From: an uncultured Gemmatimonadales bacterium
Lineage (GTDB): Bacteria; Gemmatimonadota; Gemmatimonadetes; Gemmatimonadales; Gemmatimonadaceae
Direction: 5' to 3'
Assembly (NCBI GenBank): GCA_963707505.1
Contig: CAVPQB010000004.1
Location: 736,001 to 800,000 of the forward strand
Length of the DNA: 64,000 bases
The notes beneath the pieces are model-generated. The model was not told the origin of the DNA, searched no databases, and worked only from the letters and a program-made list of their open reading frames with translations. The position numbers and the translations under genes were made by a program. Of the stretch, positions 9,357 to 19,588 are shown piece by piece; position 1 is the first letter of the stretch, and every line of letters begins with the position of its first letter.

Positions 9357-9911
9357 ATGTCCATACTGAAAATTGTCATCGCCGGATTATCAGCGGGTAC
9401 GCTTGCCGCGTGCGCGTCCGCCGGTGCACCGCTTCGCGCAGCTCCGGCCGCCGCGAGTGCCAATGCGGTTGTCATGAGCTCCGCGGGCGAACGCGTCGGA
9501 ACCGCGACACTTACGCAGGATGCTGGCGGAACGGTGCACGTCCATATGCAAGTCGCAGGACTCCCGCCCGGTCTACATGGAGTTCACATACATGCGGTTG
9601 GCTCATGCGTTGCGCCGGCGTTCAGCTCTGCCGGCGGTCATTTCAATCCCGAATCAAAACATCACGGGTTGAACAACCCTTCCGGACCACATGCGGGCGA
9701 TCTTCCGAACATGACCGTGGATGCATCGGGCAATGCTGAGTACGATGCGAGAACCAGCCGCGTGTCGCTGACGCCGGGTGCACACAGCCTGTTCGATGCC
9801 GACGGAAGCTCGCTGGTGATCCACGCGACGGCAGATGATAACGTGAGCGATCCGGCCGGTAATGCAGGTGCGCGCATAGCGTGCGGGGAGATCAAGTCAG
9901 GCACCGCCTGA
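9357..9911 (+). CDS. sodC: Cu/Zn superoxide dismutase, lipoprotein
   Basis: HGVHIH, SAGGHFNP, HAGDLPN, SLVIHATADD and GARIACG motifs; LAAC lipobox; GGAG before ATG 9357. Confidence 0.93.
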   Translation: MSILKIVIAGLSAGTLAACASAGAPLRAAPAAASANAVVMSSAGERVGTATLTQDAGGTVHVHMQVAGLPPGLHGVHIHAVGSCVAPAFSSAGGHFNPESKHHGLNNPSGPHAGDLPNMTVDASGNAEYDARTSRVSLTPGAHSLFDADGSSLVIHATADDNVSDPAGNAGARIACGEIKSGTA

Positions 9912-10026
9912 CGATTCGCGACGGATCCTGGCGTGGCGACCGGCCGGGCAAAGCGTAAGATTGTATACGATATCCAGTTCCGGCCGGCCGTCGTTCGCCC
10001 GACCTGTCACTCTGCCAACTTCAGAT

Positions 10027-11733
10027 ATGCGAAAGATCACTCTTTTCGGTGCGACCACTCTCGCGATGGGCGTGGTTGCACTCGCCCCGATCGTGCCGGT
10101 TGCCGCTCAACAAAACGCCCCTCGCGTGTTCACTCATGCCGATACGCTACGCGGCAGCGACACGCCCGAGCGCGCATGGTGGGACGCAACGTTTTACGAT
10201 CTGCATGTGAAGGTCGATCCATCCGACAGCACGATCAGCGGTTATAACGGCATCACGTACCGCATCGTCAAGCCTGCGCGCGAGATGCAGGTCGATCTTC
10301 AGGTCCCGATGGAGGTCGACAGTATGGTGCAGGACGGGCACAAGGTCACGTATCGGCGTGACGGGAACGCCTTCTTCGTCTCGCTCGTAGCGCCGCAGCC
10401 CGTCGGGCAGAGCAAGTCGATGACGGTGTTCTACCATGGAAGGCCGCGCGTGGCGAAACGCGCTCCGTGGGATGGCGGCTTCGTATGGGCGCACGACAGT
10501 GCGGGCCACTCCTGGATCGCGACGGCATGCGAGGGCTTGGGCGCCAGCGTGTGGTGGCCCAACAAGGATCTGGAGGCCGACGAGCCCGACAGTCAGCGCA
10601 TCGCCATAACCGTACCGGACTCGATCATCGATGTTTCCAACGGGCGGTTGCGGAAGACCACGCGCAACGCTGATCACACGACCACGTATGACTGGTTCGT
10701 CGAGAATCCGATCAACAACTATGATGTCGAAGTCAACGCCGGCAGATACGCACACTTCAGCGATACCTACAAGGGCGAGGACGGTACTCTGACACTCGAC
10801 TTCTGGCCGCTCGCCTACAACCTCGACAAGGCGAAGAAGCAGTTCCCGCAGGCGAAGTCCATGCTCGCATGCTTCGAGCACTGGTTCGGTCCGTACCCAT
10901 GGTACAAGGACGGCTACAAGCTCATCGAGGCTCCGCACCTCGGTATGGAGCATCAGAGTGGCGTCGCGTACGGCAACCACTACGAGAACGGATACCTGGG
11001 ACGAGATCTCTCGAAGACTGGTTGGGGACTCAAGTGGGACTTCATCATCGTGCACGAGAGCGCGCACGAGTGGTGGGGGAACAGCCTGACGGCGAAGGAT
11101 CACGCCGACATGTGGATCCACGAGAGCTTCGCGAATTATTCGGAGAATCTCTACACTGAGTGTCAGGACGGGAAGGCCGCAGGTGCGGCGTACGTGATCG
11201 GCACACGCAAGCTGATCAGGAACGACAAGCCAATCGTCGGGCACTTCAATGTGAACGATGAAGGCTCCGGCGACATGTACTACAAGGGCGGGAACATGCT
11301 GCACACGATTCGTCAGATCGTGAACAACGACGAGAAGTGGCGCGGCATACTGCGCGGACTGCAGAAGACCTACCGGCACCAGGTTGTAAGCGGAACTGAA
11401 GTGGAGAACTACATCAGCAAGCACGCCGGCATCGATCTCAGCAAGGTGTTCCAGGAATATCTCGATACGACGATGGTGCCAACGCTCGAGTATCGCATCA
11501 ACGGCTCCGAGTTGTCGTATCGCTGGTCAAACGTCGTTCCCGGCTTCGCGATGCCGGTGAAGGTGTCGCTCACGGATAACGGAACCGCATTCATTTATCC
11601 GTCAGAGGCGTGGAAGACGACGCGGCTGTCGCTCAAGTCGCCCGATTCGTTTCATGTCGACGAGAACTTCTATGTCAATTCGCAGAACATGGATAAACCG
11701 ACCGAGAAGCCGGCGTCGGTCGCTTCGCGGTAA
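10027..11733 (+). CDS. Secreted M1 family zinc aminopeptidase
   Basis: Signal peptide, GMEH (GXMEN-like), HESAHEWWGN...WIHE (HEXXH-X18-E) and YYKG. Confidence 0.9.
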   Translation: MRKITLFGATTLAMGVVALAPIVPVAAQQNAPRVFTHADTLRGSDTPERAWWDATFYDLHVKVDPSDSTISGYNGITYRIVKPAREMQVDLQVPMEVDSMVQDGHKVTYRRDGNAFFVSLVAPQPVGQSKSMTVFYHGRPRVAKRAPWDGGFVWAHDSAGHSWIATACEGLGASVWWPNKDLEADEPDSQRIAITVPDSIIDVSNGRLRKTTRNADHTTTYDWFVENPINNYDVEVNAGRYAHFSDTYKGEDGTLTLDFWPLAYNLDKAKKQFPQAKSMLACFEHWFGPYPWYKDGYKLIEAPHLGMEHQSGVAYGNHYENGYLGRDLSKTGWGLKWDFIIVHESAHEWWGNSLTAKDHADMWIHESFANYSENLYTECQDGKAAGAAYVIGTRKLIRNDKPIVGHFNVNDEGSGDMYYKGGNMLHTIRQIVNNDEKWRGILRGLQKTYRHQVVSGTEVENYISKHAGIDLSKVFQEYLDTTMVPTLEYRINGSELSYRWSNVVPGFAMPVKVSLTDNGTAFIYPSEAWKTTRLSLKSPDSFHVDENFYVNSQNMDKPTEKPASVASR

Positions 11734-11758
11734 AGTGTGGTGGCAGTCGGTTGCCCCG

Positions 11759-11792
11759 CATGGGACTGAGGAATCCATTCCTCAGTCCCATG
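11759..11792. repeat. Perfect 16-bp inverted repeat with a 2-nt centre
   Basis: CATGGGACTGAGGAAT-CC-ATTCCTCAGTCCCATG. Confidence 0.9.
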
Positions 11793-11905
11793 GGTGTGGG
11801 GGCGCATCGTTCTCAAGGCCGTGCGGTCGCGCGACAGTCGGTCTGTACGATCGCGAACCGCGGGCCAACCACTATGAACCCGCTGCGCGGTCGTAAATTG
11901 CGCGC

Positions 11906-14308
11906 ATGACGCTGCCGCCAAAATTCAGTCCGGCACCGCATAACGGGGTGCTGGCAGAAAGCTCGCCGGATCCAATTCTCACGATCGACGAGGCAAGCAC
12001 CATCGTCTTCGCGAACGATGCTGCGGAGCGTGCGTTTGGATACAGCGTCTCGGAAATGGTCGGACACTCGCTTCACATGCTGATTCCGACGGATCTCCGG
12101 GAGCGGCATGACGTCGGTGTCGCGCATTACGTGCACACGGGTGTGCGACGGATCGCATGGCAGGGGCTGCGGGTGCCGATCCGCACGAAGTCCGGCGCGG
12201 AGTTACCTGTCGAGATCTCATTCGGCGAGTTCGAGTGGGAAGGTCGCAGGCTGTTCTCCGGATTCCTGCGCGACATATCACAACAGGTCGAGAGTGAGCG
12301 CGTCATTGCCGCAGCCAACGCTCAGCTTGAGGAGCAGGCAAGCGAGCTGGAGCAGCAGGTGGAAGAAGCGCAGATGCTGGCTGAGGAGCTCGAGCAGAGC
12401 AACGCCGAGGCCAAGCTGCGCGCGGATGTTGCCGCGTCGTCCGCCGAGCGCGCAAGGCGGCTACTCGCGCTTTCCACGGAGCTGAACAAGGCTAGCACGG
12501 CATCGGACGTGGCCGACCTGATACTCGACGCGGGAATGTCGGCAGTGGGCGCCGACGCGGGATCATTCGCGGTGATCTCGCACGACGACCATGGCCGCGC
12601 GCAATTCGAAGTAATTCGTATCCGTGGCTTCAGCGCGGAGCTCTCGAACGCGTACCGTCGTTTCGATCTGCAGCCAGGCCGCCCGCTTTCCGACGCGGTG
12701 CTTCGCGGCGATCCGGTTCTCGTACGGTCGCGTGAAGATGCGCGACGACGGTATCCCACTGTTGCCGAGGTTGGCTACGAGGGGTTCGTTGCGTTACCGG
12801 TGTTCATCGGCGGCCTTGCGGTGGCAACGATCGCGTTCAGCTTCAGTGAGCCGCAGGAATTCGACGAGGCGACAGAGACGTTCCTCCGCACCGTGGGACA
12901 ACAGTGTGCGCAGGCGCTCGAGCGGGCGCGCCTTTATGATGACCGTGCCGTCCAGGCCGAACGCGGCGGATTTCTGGCCGCGGCCAGCAAGCTGCTGTCA
13001 TCATCGCTCGACTACGAGGCAACCCTCACATCGCTTGCAGAAGCAGCGGTCCCGACGCTGGGCGATTGGTGCGCCGTGGACATCGTGAGGGAGCCGGGGT
13101 TACGAGAATGGCCACCGCGGCTCACCAGACTCGCGGTGGCACACCAGGATCCGGTGAAGCGCGCACTCGGACTTACGCTGGAGGAGCGTTTCCCGATCGA
13201 CTGGAATTCAGACGGTGGCACACCCGCCGTGATGCGCGACGGTGCAACGCAATTCATTCCGTATCTAACGGATGACATGCTTCGTCGCGTCGCGCGCAGT
13301 GCGGAGCACCTGGCCGCGTTGCAGGAGCTGCGCTTCTCATCGGTCATCATGGTGCCGTTACAGGCCCGTGGTCTCACACACGGCGTCCTTACGCTCGTGA
13401 TGGGCGAGTCCGGGCGCCACTATACGAGGGACGACGTTGCACTGGCCAACGATCTTGCGGCGCGCGCGGCGACCGCGATCGATAATGCGCGCCTGTTCCG
13501 TGAGGCGCAGACGGCAAGAGCGGTTGCGGAGGCGGCGACGGTGCGTGCGGCGTCAGCGAACAAGGCGAAGAGCAACTTTCTCGCAACGATGTCGCATGAG
13601 ATCCGAACGCCGATCAACGCAGTGCTCGGCTATGCCGAGCTTCTTGCGCTGGAGCTGGCAGGCCCGCTGACCGAGGAGCAGCGCGCGCAGCTGGCCCGGA
13701 TTCGCGCGAGCACCGTACATCTTCTCACGCTTGTAAACGACGTGCTCGATCTCGCGAAGATCGAATCCGGCACGTTGCGAGTGGACACGGGTGAAGTGTT
13801 GGCGTCGGATACGATGAACGCCGCGCTCTCACTGGTGGCTCCTCTGGCTGTTGCGAAGGGGGTTCGAATCAGCGAGCGCTGCAGCGGCGCCTGCGACGCG
13901 GGTACACCGCGGTACGTAGGCGATCCAGATCGGGTGCGGCAGATACTGGTCAATCTGATAGCCAATGCCGTGAAGTTCACGGACCCGGGCGGCGCCGTGA
14001 GCGTCGGTTGCAGCTTGGTCAATCATATGTCAGGCGGCCACTCCATCGCCTTCAGCATTCGCGACACTGGGATCGGCATTCCGCGGGATCAACTGGAGCA
14101 CATTTTCGAGGCATTCGTGCAGGGAGAGAGTGACCGTGGCAGCCCTTATACGCGCGAGCAGGCCGGCACAGGGCTCGGGCTTGCGATCAGCCAACAGCTC
14201 GCGCACAGGATGGGGGGTGAGATAACGGTGGAGAGCGAACCGGGGGCAGGTTCGGTGTTTACGTTGCTGATGCCCGCAGCGGAGCCGCAGGGGGCAGGTC
14301 TCGAGTAA
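11906..14308 (+). CDS. Cytoplasmic sensor histidine kinase (PAS-GAF-GAF-HisKA-HATPase)
   Basis: N-terminal PAS (FANDAAERAFGY), two GAF-like repeats, FLATMSHEIRTPIN, NLIANAVKFT, DTGIGI and GTGLGLAI. Confidence 0.92.
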   Translation: MTLPPKFSPAPHNGVLAESSPDPILTIDEASTIVFANDAAERAFGYSVSEMVGHSLHMLIPTDLRERHDVGVAHYVHTGVRRIAWQGLRVPIRTKSGAELPVEISFGEFEWEGRRLFSGFLRDISQQVESERVIAAANAQLEEQASELEQQVEEAQMLAEELEQSNAEAKLRADVAASSAERARRLLALSTELNKASTASDVADLILDAGMSAVGADAGSFAVISHDDHGRAQFEVIRIRGFSAELSNAYRRFDLQPGRPLSDAVLRGDPVLVRSREDARRRYPTVAEVGYEGFVALPVFIGGLAVATIAFSFSEPQEFDEATETFLRTVGQQCAQALERARLYDDRAVQAERGGFLAAASKLLSSSLDYEATLTSLAEAAVPTLGDWCAVDIVREPGLREWPPRLTRLAVAHQDPVKRALGLTLEERFPIDWNSDGGTPAVMRDGATQFIPYLTDDMLRRVARSAEHLAALQELRFSSVIMVPLQARGLTHGVLTLVMGESGRHYTRDDVALANDLAARAATAIDNARLFREAQTARAVAEAATVRAASANKAKSNFLATMSHEIRTPINAVLGYAELLALELAGPLTEEQRAQLARIRASTVHLLTLVNDVLDLAKIESGTLRVDTGEVLASDTMNAALSLVAPLAVAKGVRISERCSGACDAGTPRYVGDPDRVRQILVNLIANAVKFTDPGGAVSVGCSLVNHMSGGHSIAFSIRDTGIGIPRDQLEHIFEAFVQGESDRGSPYTREQAGTGLGLAISQQLAHRMGGEITVESEPGAGSVFTLLMPAAEPQGAGLE

Positions 14309-14388
14309 AGACGGCGGGCGGTCCGGAGTCCGGCAATAGCGAACGCAGGCCCGAGCAAATTGCGTGCTTGCCCTTTCCGTGCACGGAC

Positions 14389-14424
14389 CGGATATTATAT
14401 CCGTGCCAGCGGATATTGTATCCA
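14389..14424. promoter_or_regulatory. Tandem palindromic operator-like sites upstream of susC
   Basis: CGGATAT-T-ATATCCG at 14389-14403 (perfect) and CGGATAT-T-GTATCCA at 14410-14424, with a 21-bp period. Confidence 0.6.
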
Positions 14425-14624
14425 TAATCTTACATAGCAGTCGTTCTGCCCCGTACCATTTCGAGCACGCGCCCTAGTCGACGCGTGTCCCGCAGGCCGT
14501 TTCACCACGGTCAACGGCGAAAGTGCCAACCGGACTTACGCCCTGTCGCACGGAGCTGACCGTCGGTGGAGTACCTGAAGGCTGGAAAGTGTGCACGTCC
14601 CTCTGCCCCCTCTGGAGGACCCAA

Positions 14625-17600
14625 ATGAAGCGATTTGTTTGTTGTTGTGCCGCCTTTGCCGCCATAGCCGGGTCCATACTGGCAATCCCTGCTGTGGCGC
14701 AGGCGCAAACGGCCGTGGTATCAGGCCGAGTCACCGCAGAAACCGGTGAAGCAATTCCCGCGGCGACCGTCGCGATCCCCGCACTGAGCGTCGGAGCGGT
14801 CACCGATGATCAGGGACGCTATACCTTTGCAATTCCAGCGTCGCGCCTTACGAGTACCTCTGTCACCGTGATGGTGCGGCGAATCGGGTACCGTTCGCAG
14901 AGCATCGTCATCTCTCCTCACCTCGGCTCGACGACGACGGCCAATTTCACCCTCGCGGCTCTGGTCAATCAGCTCGAGGGTGTCGTTACAACGGCCCTCG
15001 GCCAGCAACGTGAAAAGAGCCAGCTCGGAACCGCACAGCAGGAAATCTCGAGCAAGGAACTCAACGCCACCCACTCGCAGAACTTCGTCGACCAGCTGGC
15101 AGGCAAGATTTCCGGCATGGCCGTGACAGGGTCCGGCACGCCCGGTGCCTCGACCAAGATCACGATTCGCGGCTCCAACTCGATCAACGGCGATAACAAT
15201 CCGCTCTTCGTGGTGGACGGTGTGCCCGTGTCGAACGACAACCGCGGCGGCTCGTTCAATGTGGGCTCGCTCTCGAACGCCGCGAGCTCGGGGCTGGATC
15301 TCGGCAGTGTAATCAACGACATCAATCCCGAGGACATCGAGTCCGTCTCCGTGCTCAAGGGGCCGAACGCGGCCGCACTCTACGGGTCACGGGCGGCGAA
15401 CGGCGTAATCGTCATTACCACGAAGCACGGGGCCAACACCGACGCCAAGCTCCGGACGGCTCTCACCAGTACCTATACGTGGGATACGCCTTCCACTTAC
15501 ATGAACTGGCAGAACCTCTACGGCCAGGGGTCTGGTGGCAACTTCGCATACGTCGACGGAAAGGGCGGCGGCGTCAACGACGGTTACGATCAGAGCTACG
15601 GTCCGCGCCTCAATGGTCAGCTGATTCCGCAGTTCGACAGTCCTGTCGTCAACGGAGTCCGCCAGGCAACGCCATTCGTTGCTCACCCCGACAACGCCGA
15701 TAGCTTCTTCCAGACAGGGCACAACATCTCGAATACCTTCGCTGTGTCCGGCGGAACCGACAACGCAAACGGGCGCTTCTCCGTTGGCAACAACGAGACG
15801 CAGGGTGTCATTCCCAACAACACGTTCCGTACTCTGTCGAGCGCCCTTGCGGGCAACTTCCGCATCGGCAAGAAGTTCACTACCTCAGGAACCGTTCAGT
15901 ACGTTCAGGGAACCGCCCACAATCGTCCTGGTCAGGGCTACAATACCGGCATTCTCGAACAGTTCATCTGGTTCGGTCGCCAGGTCGACATGAACGAGCT
16001 GAAGGCACAGCAGTACGATGCGAATGGCAACCTGTACAACTGGAACCTCAACTTCCACAACAACCCGTACTGGCTGCAGTATGACAATCCGGAGTACGAC
16101 ATACGCAACCGCGTCATCGGAAGCGTGAGCGGCACGTACACCGTCAACAACTGGCTTTCGGCAACCCTTCGCGGCGGGCAGGATTACTACAACTGGAAGA
16201 TCAATCGCGACTTCGCGGCTGGTAACATCCAGTATTCCGATCCGAATTACGCCGGGGCGTTCTCGAACGCGACTCAGGACAACACTGAAAGCAACGTCGA
16301 TCTGCTGCTCAACGTGAACAAGCAGCTCAGGACGCGTCTCGCATTTACGGGTTTGCTCGGTGGAACCCTGCGTCGCAACACGTTTGGATCCACGAACGTC
16401 TCGACGCCCGGTATCTCCGTACCCGGGATCTACAACGTCTCCAACGCTGCCATCACGCCGACGCTTCAGCAGTTCGACTCTGATCAGCGCGTGAACAGTG
16501 TATACGAGTCCGGCGCGCTGACGTGGGACAATTGGTGGACTGTCGAGGCAACCGGTAGAACCGACTGGTCGTCGACACTTCCCCAGGGTCAGAACTCGTA
16601 TTTCTACCCCGGCGTCAATACGTCGCTGGTCCTTACAAACGCACTTCCGCAGCTCAAGTCCAACTTTCTCACGTACGCGAAGCTGCGCGGTGCATTCGCG
16701 CGTGTCGGCAGCGATGCCACGCCATACCAGTTGGCCACGGTGTTCAACGGTGCTTCGACCAAGTTCGGATCACTGCCGAAATTCTCGCTTTCCGACAACC
16801 TCGCAAACGCCAATCTGAAGCCGGAGCAGACGACAAGTTCCGAAGTTGGCGCGGAGCTCGCGTTCTTCGACAGCCGAGTTACCGTTGACGCGAGTTACTA
16901 CGACAAGGAAACGAAGAATCAGATCCTGAACCTCGTGATCCCACCGACGTCGGGTTATCTGACGCAGGCGATCAATGCCGGACAGATCTCCAATAAGGGC
17001 TTCGAGGCAACATTTGCAGTTACGCCGCTGCGCTCCGACAACGGCCTCAACTGGACAAGCACGTTCAACTACGCGAGCAACAAGAGCAAGGTCGTCGCAC
17101 TGACTCCCGGACTCACCACTGTCGTGCTCGGCACTCAGCGTAGCGCATCCGTAGTGGCGACGGCTGGTCAGCCGTACGGCCAGCTCACCGGCTACACGTT
17201 CCTGCGCGATTCCAGTGGCAATCTGCTCACGCAGAAAGGTTTGCCGATCCGCGGACCGGTGGCGACGCTCGGCAACGTCAATCCAAACTGGATTGGCGGC
17301 TGGAATAACGCCTTCAAGATCAGGCGGTTCACGGCGAGCTTCCTGTTCGACTTCCACGAGGGCGGAAAGTTCTTCAGCAACACGAACATGATGTGCGATC
17401 AGAGCGGCATGTGCGCGAACACGCTGAAGGGACGCGAGGTTGACTGGAACAATCCAGGAATCGTCGTCAACGGAATCGATAAGGCTTCAGGGAAGCCGAA
17501 CACGGTCAATGTCACGTCGGAGCAGTACTTCCAGTCGCTCTGGCTGATCAATCAGGCCTACACGTACGACGACAGCTACATCAAGCTGCGCGAGGTACGA

Positions 17601-17810
17601 GTCGGCTACGACCTGCCAACATCATTCGCAAATCGTTTCAGTGCGCAAACGATAAACGTGGCGCTAGTGGGACGGAATCTCTGGACGCATTCGAACGTCC
17701 CGAACATCGATCCGGAGTTCACGTATAACACCGGGAACGCCCAGGGACTTGAATTCGCGCCGATGCCGACGAACCGCAGCATTGGTATCACGCTGCAGGT
17801 CACCCCATAA
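14625..17810 (+). CDS. SusC/RagA family TonB-dependent outer membrane transporter
   Basis: Signal peptide, carboxypeptidase-regulatory-like N-domain, IRGSNSI...NPLFVVDGVP, DINPEDIESVSVLKGPNAAALYGSRAANGVIVITTK and LKPEQT. GGAGG before ATG 14625. Confidence 0.95.
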   Translation: MKRFVCCCAAFAAIAGSILAIPAVAQAQTAVVSGRVTAETGEAIPAATVAIPALSVGAVTDDQGRYTFAIPASRLTSTSVTVMVRRIGYRSQSIVISPHLGSTTTANFTLAALVNQLEGVVTTALGQQREKSQLGTAQQEISSKELNATHSQNFVDQLAGKISGMAVTGSGTPGASTKITIRGSNSINGDNNPLFVVDGVPVSNDNRGGSFNVGSLSNAASSGLDLGSVINDINPEDIESVSVLKGPNAAALYGSRAANGVIVITTKHGANTDAKLRTALTSTYTWDTPSTYMNWQNLYGQGSGGNFAYVDGKGGGVNDGYDQSYGPRLNGQLIPQFDSPVVNGVRQATPFVAHPDNADSFFQTGHNISNTFAVSGGTDNANGRFSVGNNETQGVIPNNTFRTLSSALAGNFRIGKKFTTSGTVQYVQGTAHNRPGQGYNTGILEQFIWFGRQVDMNELKAQQYDANGNLYNWNLNFHNNPYWLQYDNPEYDIRNRVIGSVSGTYTVNNWLSATLRGGQDYYNWKINRDFAAGNIQYSDPNYAGAFSNATQDNTESNVDLLLNVNKQLRTRLAFTGLLGGTLRRNTFGSTNVSTPGISVPGIYNVSNAAITPTLQQFDSDQRVNSVYESGALTWDNWWTVEATGRTDWSSTLPQGQNSYFYPGVNTSLVLTNALPQLKSNFLTYAKLRGAFARVGSDATPYQLATVFNGASTKFGSLPKFSLSDNLANANLKPEQTTSSEVGAELAFFDSRVTVDASYYDKETKNQILNLVIPPTSGYLTQAINAGQISNKGFEATFAVTPLRSDNGLNWTSTFNYASNKSKVVALTPGLTTVVLGTQRSASVVATAGQPYGQLTGYTFLRDSSGNLLTQKGLPIRGPVATLGNVNPNWIGGWNNAFKIRRFTASFLFDFHEGGKFFSNTNMMCDQSGMCANTLKGREVDWNNPGIVVNGIDKASGKPNTVNVTSEQYFQSLWLINQAYTYDDSYIKLREVRVGYDLPTSFANRFSAQTINVALVGRNLWTHSNVPNIDPEFTYNTGNAQGLEFAPMPTNRSIGITLQVTP

Positions 17811-17838
17811 TCCGCCACCGCATACCGAGGAGGAATCA

Positions 17839-19374
17839 ATGAACAAGACTTGGCTACGCGGCCTGACACACGGCCTTACGGGGCTCGCTGTGATTGCCGG
17901 AGCAGTGGCGTGTAACACCGAAAACATCACGACCGCCAACCGGAATCCAAACAGCCCGACTTCCGCACCGGCGGGCGCGCTCTTCACGAGCGCGACTTCA
18001 GCTGCAGTCGGGCGTTGGGTCGGTTTCGGCGGCCCCGCGATCATCATTCAACAGATCGCCAACACGACTTACCCCACGGCAGACTCGTACATCAGTCTTC
18101 AGGCCGACGGTACGACTGGGACATTCAACGGTCCCTACAACAACGACCTGCAGGATCTGCGGCAGGTAATCTCGAAGGGACGGACCGCGTCCGAGCCGGG
18201 CGTGTACGGTCCGGCGATGGTCTTGCAGACCTGGGATTTCAGCTACCTGACCGATTACTTCGGTGATGTCCCGTACTCGGACGCGCTGAAAGCGGATTCG
18301 GGTGTAGTCACTCCGAAGTACGATCCACAGAAGGACATCTACGCTGGCTTCTTCACGACGCTCAAGTCGGCCTCAGATGCAATGGGCGGCGCAGCAGCTG
18401 GCTCGGTCGGTCTCGGGACTGCCGATCCGATATACAGCGGCGATCTCGCGAAGTGGCGCAAATTCGCCAACTCGCTCCGTGCACGTTATGCGATGCGTCT
18501 CGTAAACGTCGATCCGACGACTGCGGACGCGGAGCTCAAGGCTGCGTTCGCCGACGCGGGGGGCGTGTTTGCCTCCAACGCTGACAACGCTCAGCTCACG
18601 TGGCCCGGGGATGGTGTCTCGGACAATCCGTTCGCGGATAACCTGAAGACGCGCGACGACGGCCGTCTTGCTCGCACGATGACGTCGCTCATGACGAACG
18701 ATCCACGCATCAAGGTTTATGGCCAGCCGGTTGTCGACAGCTCGGCATATCCAGGCGGCTACGGCGGAATGCCGGCGGCACTGCTGCAGGACTCTGCCAA
18801 CGTATGGTACCGAAAGGCGTCGCGTCCGGGTGTCGTGTTCTATCCCGGCGTCACATCGTACGGCACCTTCGGTAGTTCTGCCGGCCTCTCGTTTCCATCG
18901 AAGCTCATGACGTACGCCGAGTTGATGTTCATCCGCGCGGAGGCAGCCGAACGCGGCATCGGCGGAGTCCCGCATGGCGAGGCGGCGGCGGATTACAATG
19001 CCGCAATTCAGGCGTCGATGGCGCAGTGGGGAGTGACGGACGCTTCAGCCATCGCCTCGTTCATGGCTCAGCCGAGTATCGCCTATCAGGGCGGCACGGC
19101 GGGGCTCAAGCAGATCGCAACACAGAAATACATCGCGCTGTTTGGCGATGACGGCCAGGCATGGGCAGAGTGGCGCCGCACCTGTACGCCGGCCATCGTT
19201 CCAGGGCCGAGCACGATAGTCCCGTACATTCCGCGTCGTTACTACTACTCGACCACTGAAGCGTCGGTCAACGCGACGAATCTGAACGCTGCGATCGCAC
19301 GGCAGGGTCCGGACAACTTCGGCACTCGTGTGTACTGGGATACCAAGCCGACGGCAGCTCCAACCTGCCAGTAG
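17839..19374 (+). CDS. SusD/RagB family lipoprotein
   Basis: AVAC lipobox, NPN, LTDYFGDVPYSDA, KWRKFANSLRARYAMR, IATQKYIALF and AWAEWRRT. Directly follows susC. Confidence 0.93.
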   Translation: MNKTWLRGLTHGLTGLAVIAGAVACNTENITTANRNPNSPTSAPAGALFTSATSAAVGRWVGFGGPAIIIQQIANTTYPTADSYISLQADGTTGTFNGPYNNDLQDLRQVISKGRTASEPGVYGPAMVLQTWDFSYLTDYFGDVPYSDALKADSGVVTPKYDPQKDIYAGFFTTLKSASDAMGGAAAGSVGLGTADPIYSGDLAKWRKFANSLRARYAMRLVNVDPTTADAELKAAFADAGGVFASNADNAQLTWPGDGVSDNPFADNLKTRDDGRLARTMTSLMTNDPRIKVYGQPVVDSSAYPGGYGGMPAALLQDSANVWYRKASRPGVVFYPGVTSYGTFGSSAGLSFPSKLMTYAELMFIRAEAAERGIGGVPHGEAAADYNAAIQASMAQWGVTDASAIASFMAQPSIAYQGGTAGLKQIATQKYIALFGDDGQAWAEWRRTCTPAIVPGPSTIVPYIPRRYYYSTTEASVNATNLNAAIARQGPDNFGTRVYWDTKPTAAPTCQ

Positions 19375-19397
19375 GCCGGTAGCAAAGGCGGGAAGAT

Positions 19398-19443
19398 AAA
19401 ACGGGAGCCCATCACTGCACCTCTGTGATGGGCTCCCGTTTTT
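19398..19443 (+). terminator. Intrinsic terminator after susD (possibly bidirectional)
   Basis: AAAACGGGAGCCCATCAC / GTGATGGGCTCCCGTTTT stem plus T run. Confidence 0.85.
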
Positions 19444-19537
19444 CGTGCGCGCATTCGCTGGCCGAGTAAATAGATGTGCCAGCTACTAGGGTCGATTCAT
19501 TACTGAATCAACAGGAGAGCGTGGATCGGGGGCGTAA

Positions 19538-19571
19538 AGAAGCCGGTGTGACTGTAGCCACACCGGCTTCT
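19538..19571 (-). terminator. Hairpin terminator for the minus-strand VPS10 gene
   Basis: AGAAGCCGGTGTG / CACACCGGCTTCT stem 17 nt past the stop, followed by TT on the minus strand. Confidence 0.7.
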
Positions 19572-19588
19572 GCGTGCGTGGAGCGGCG

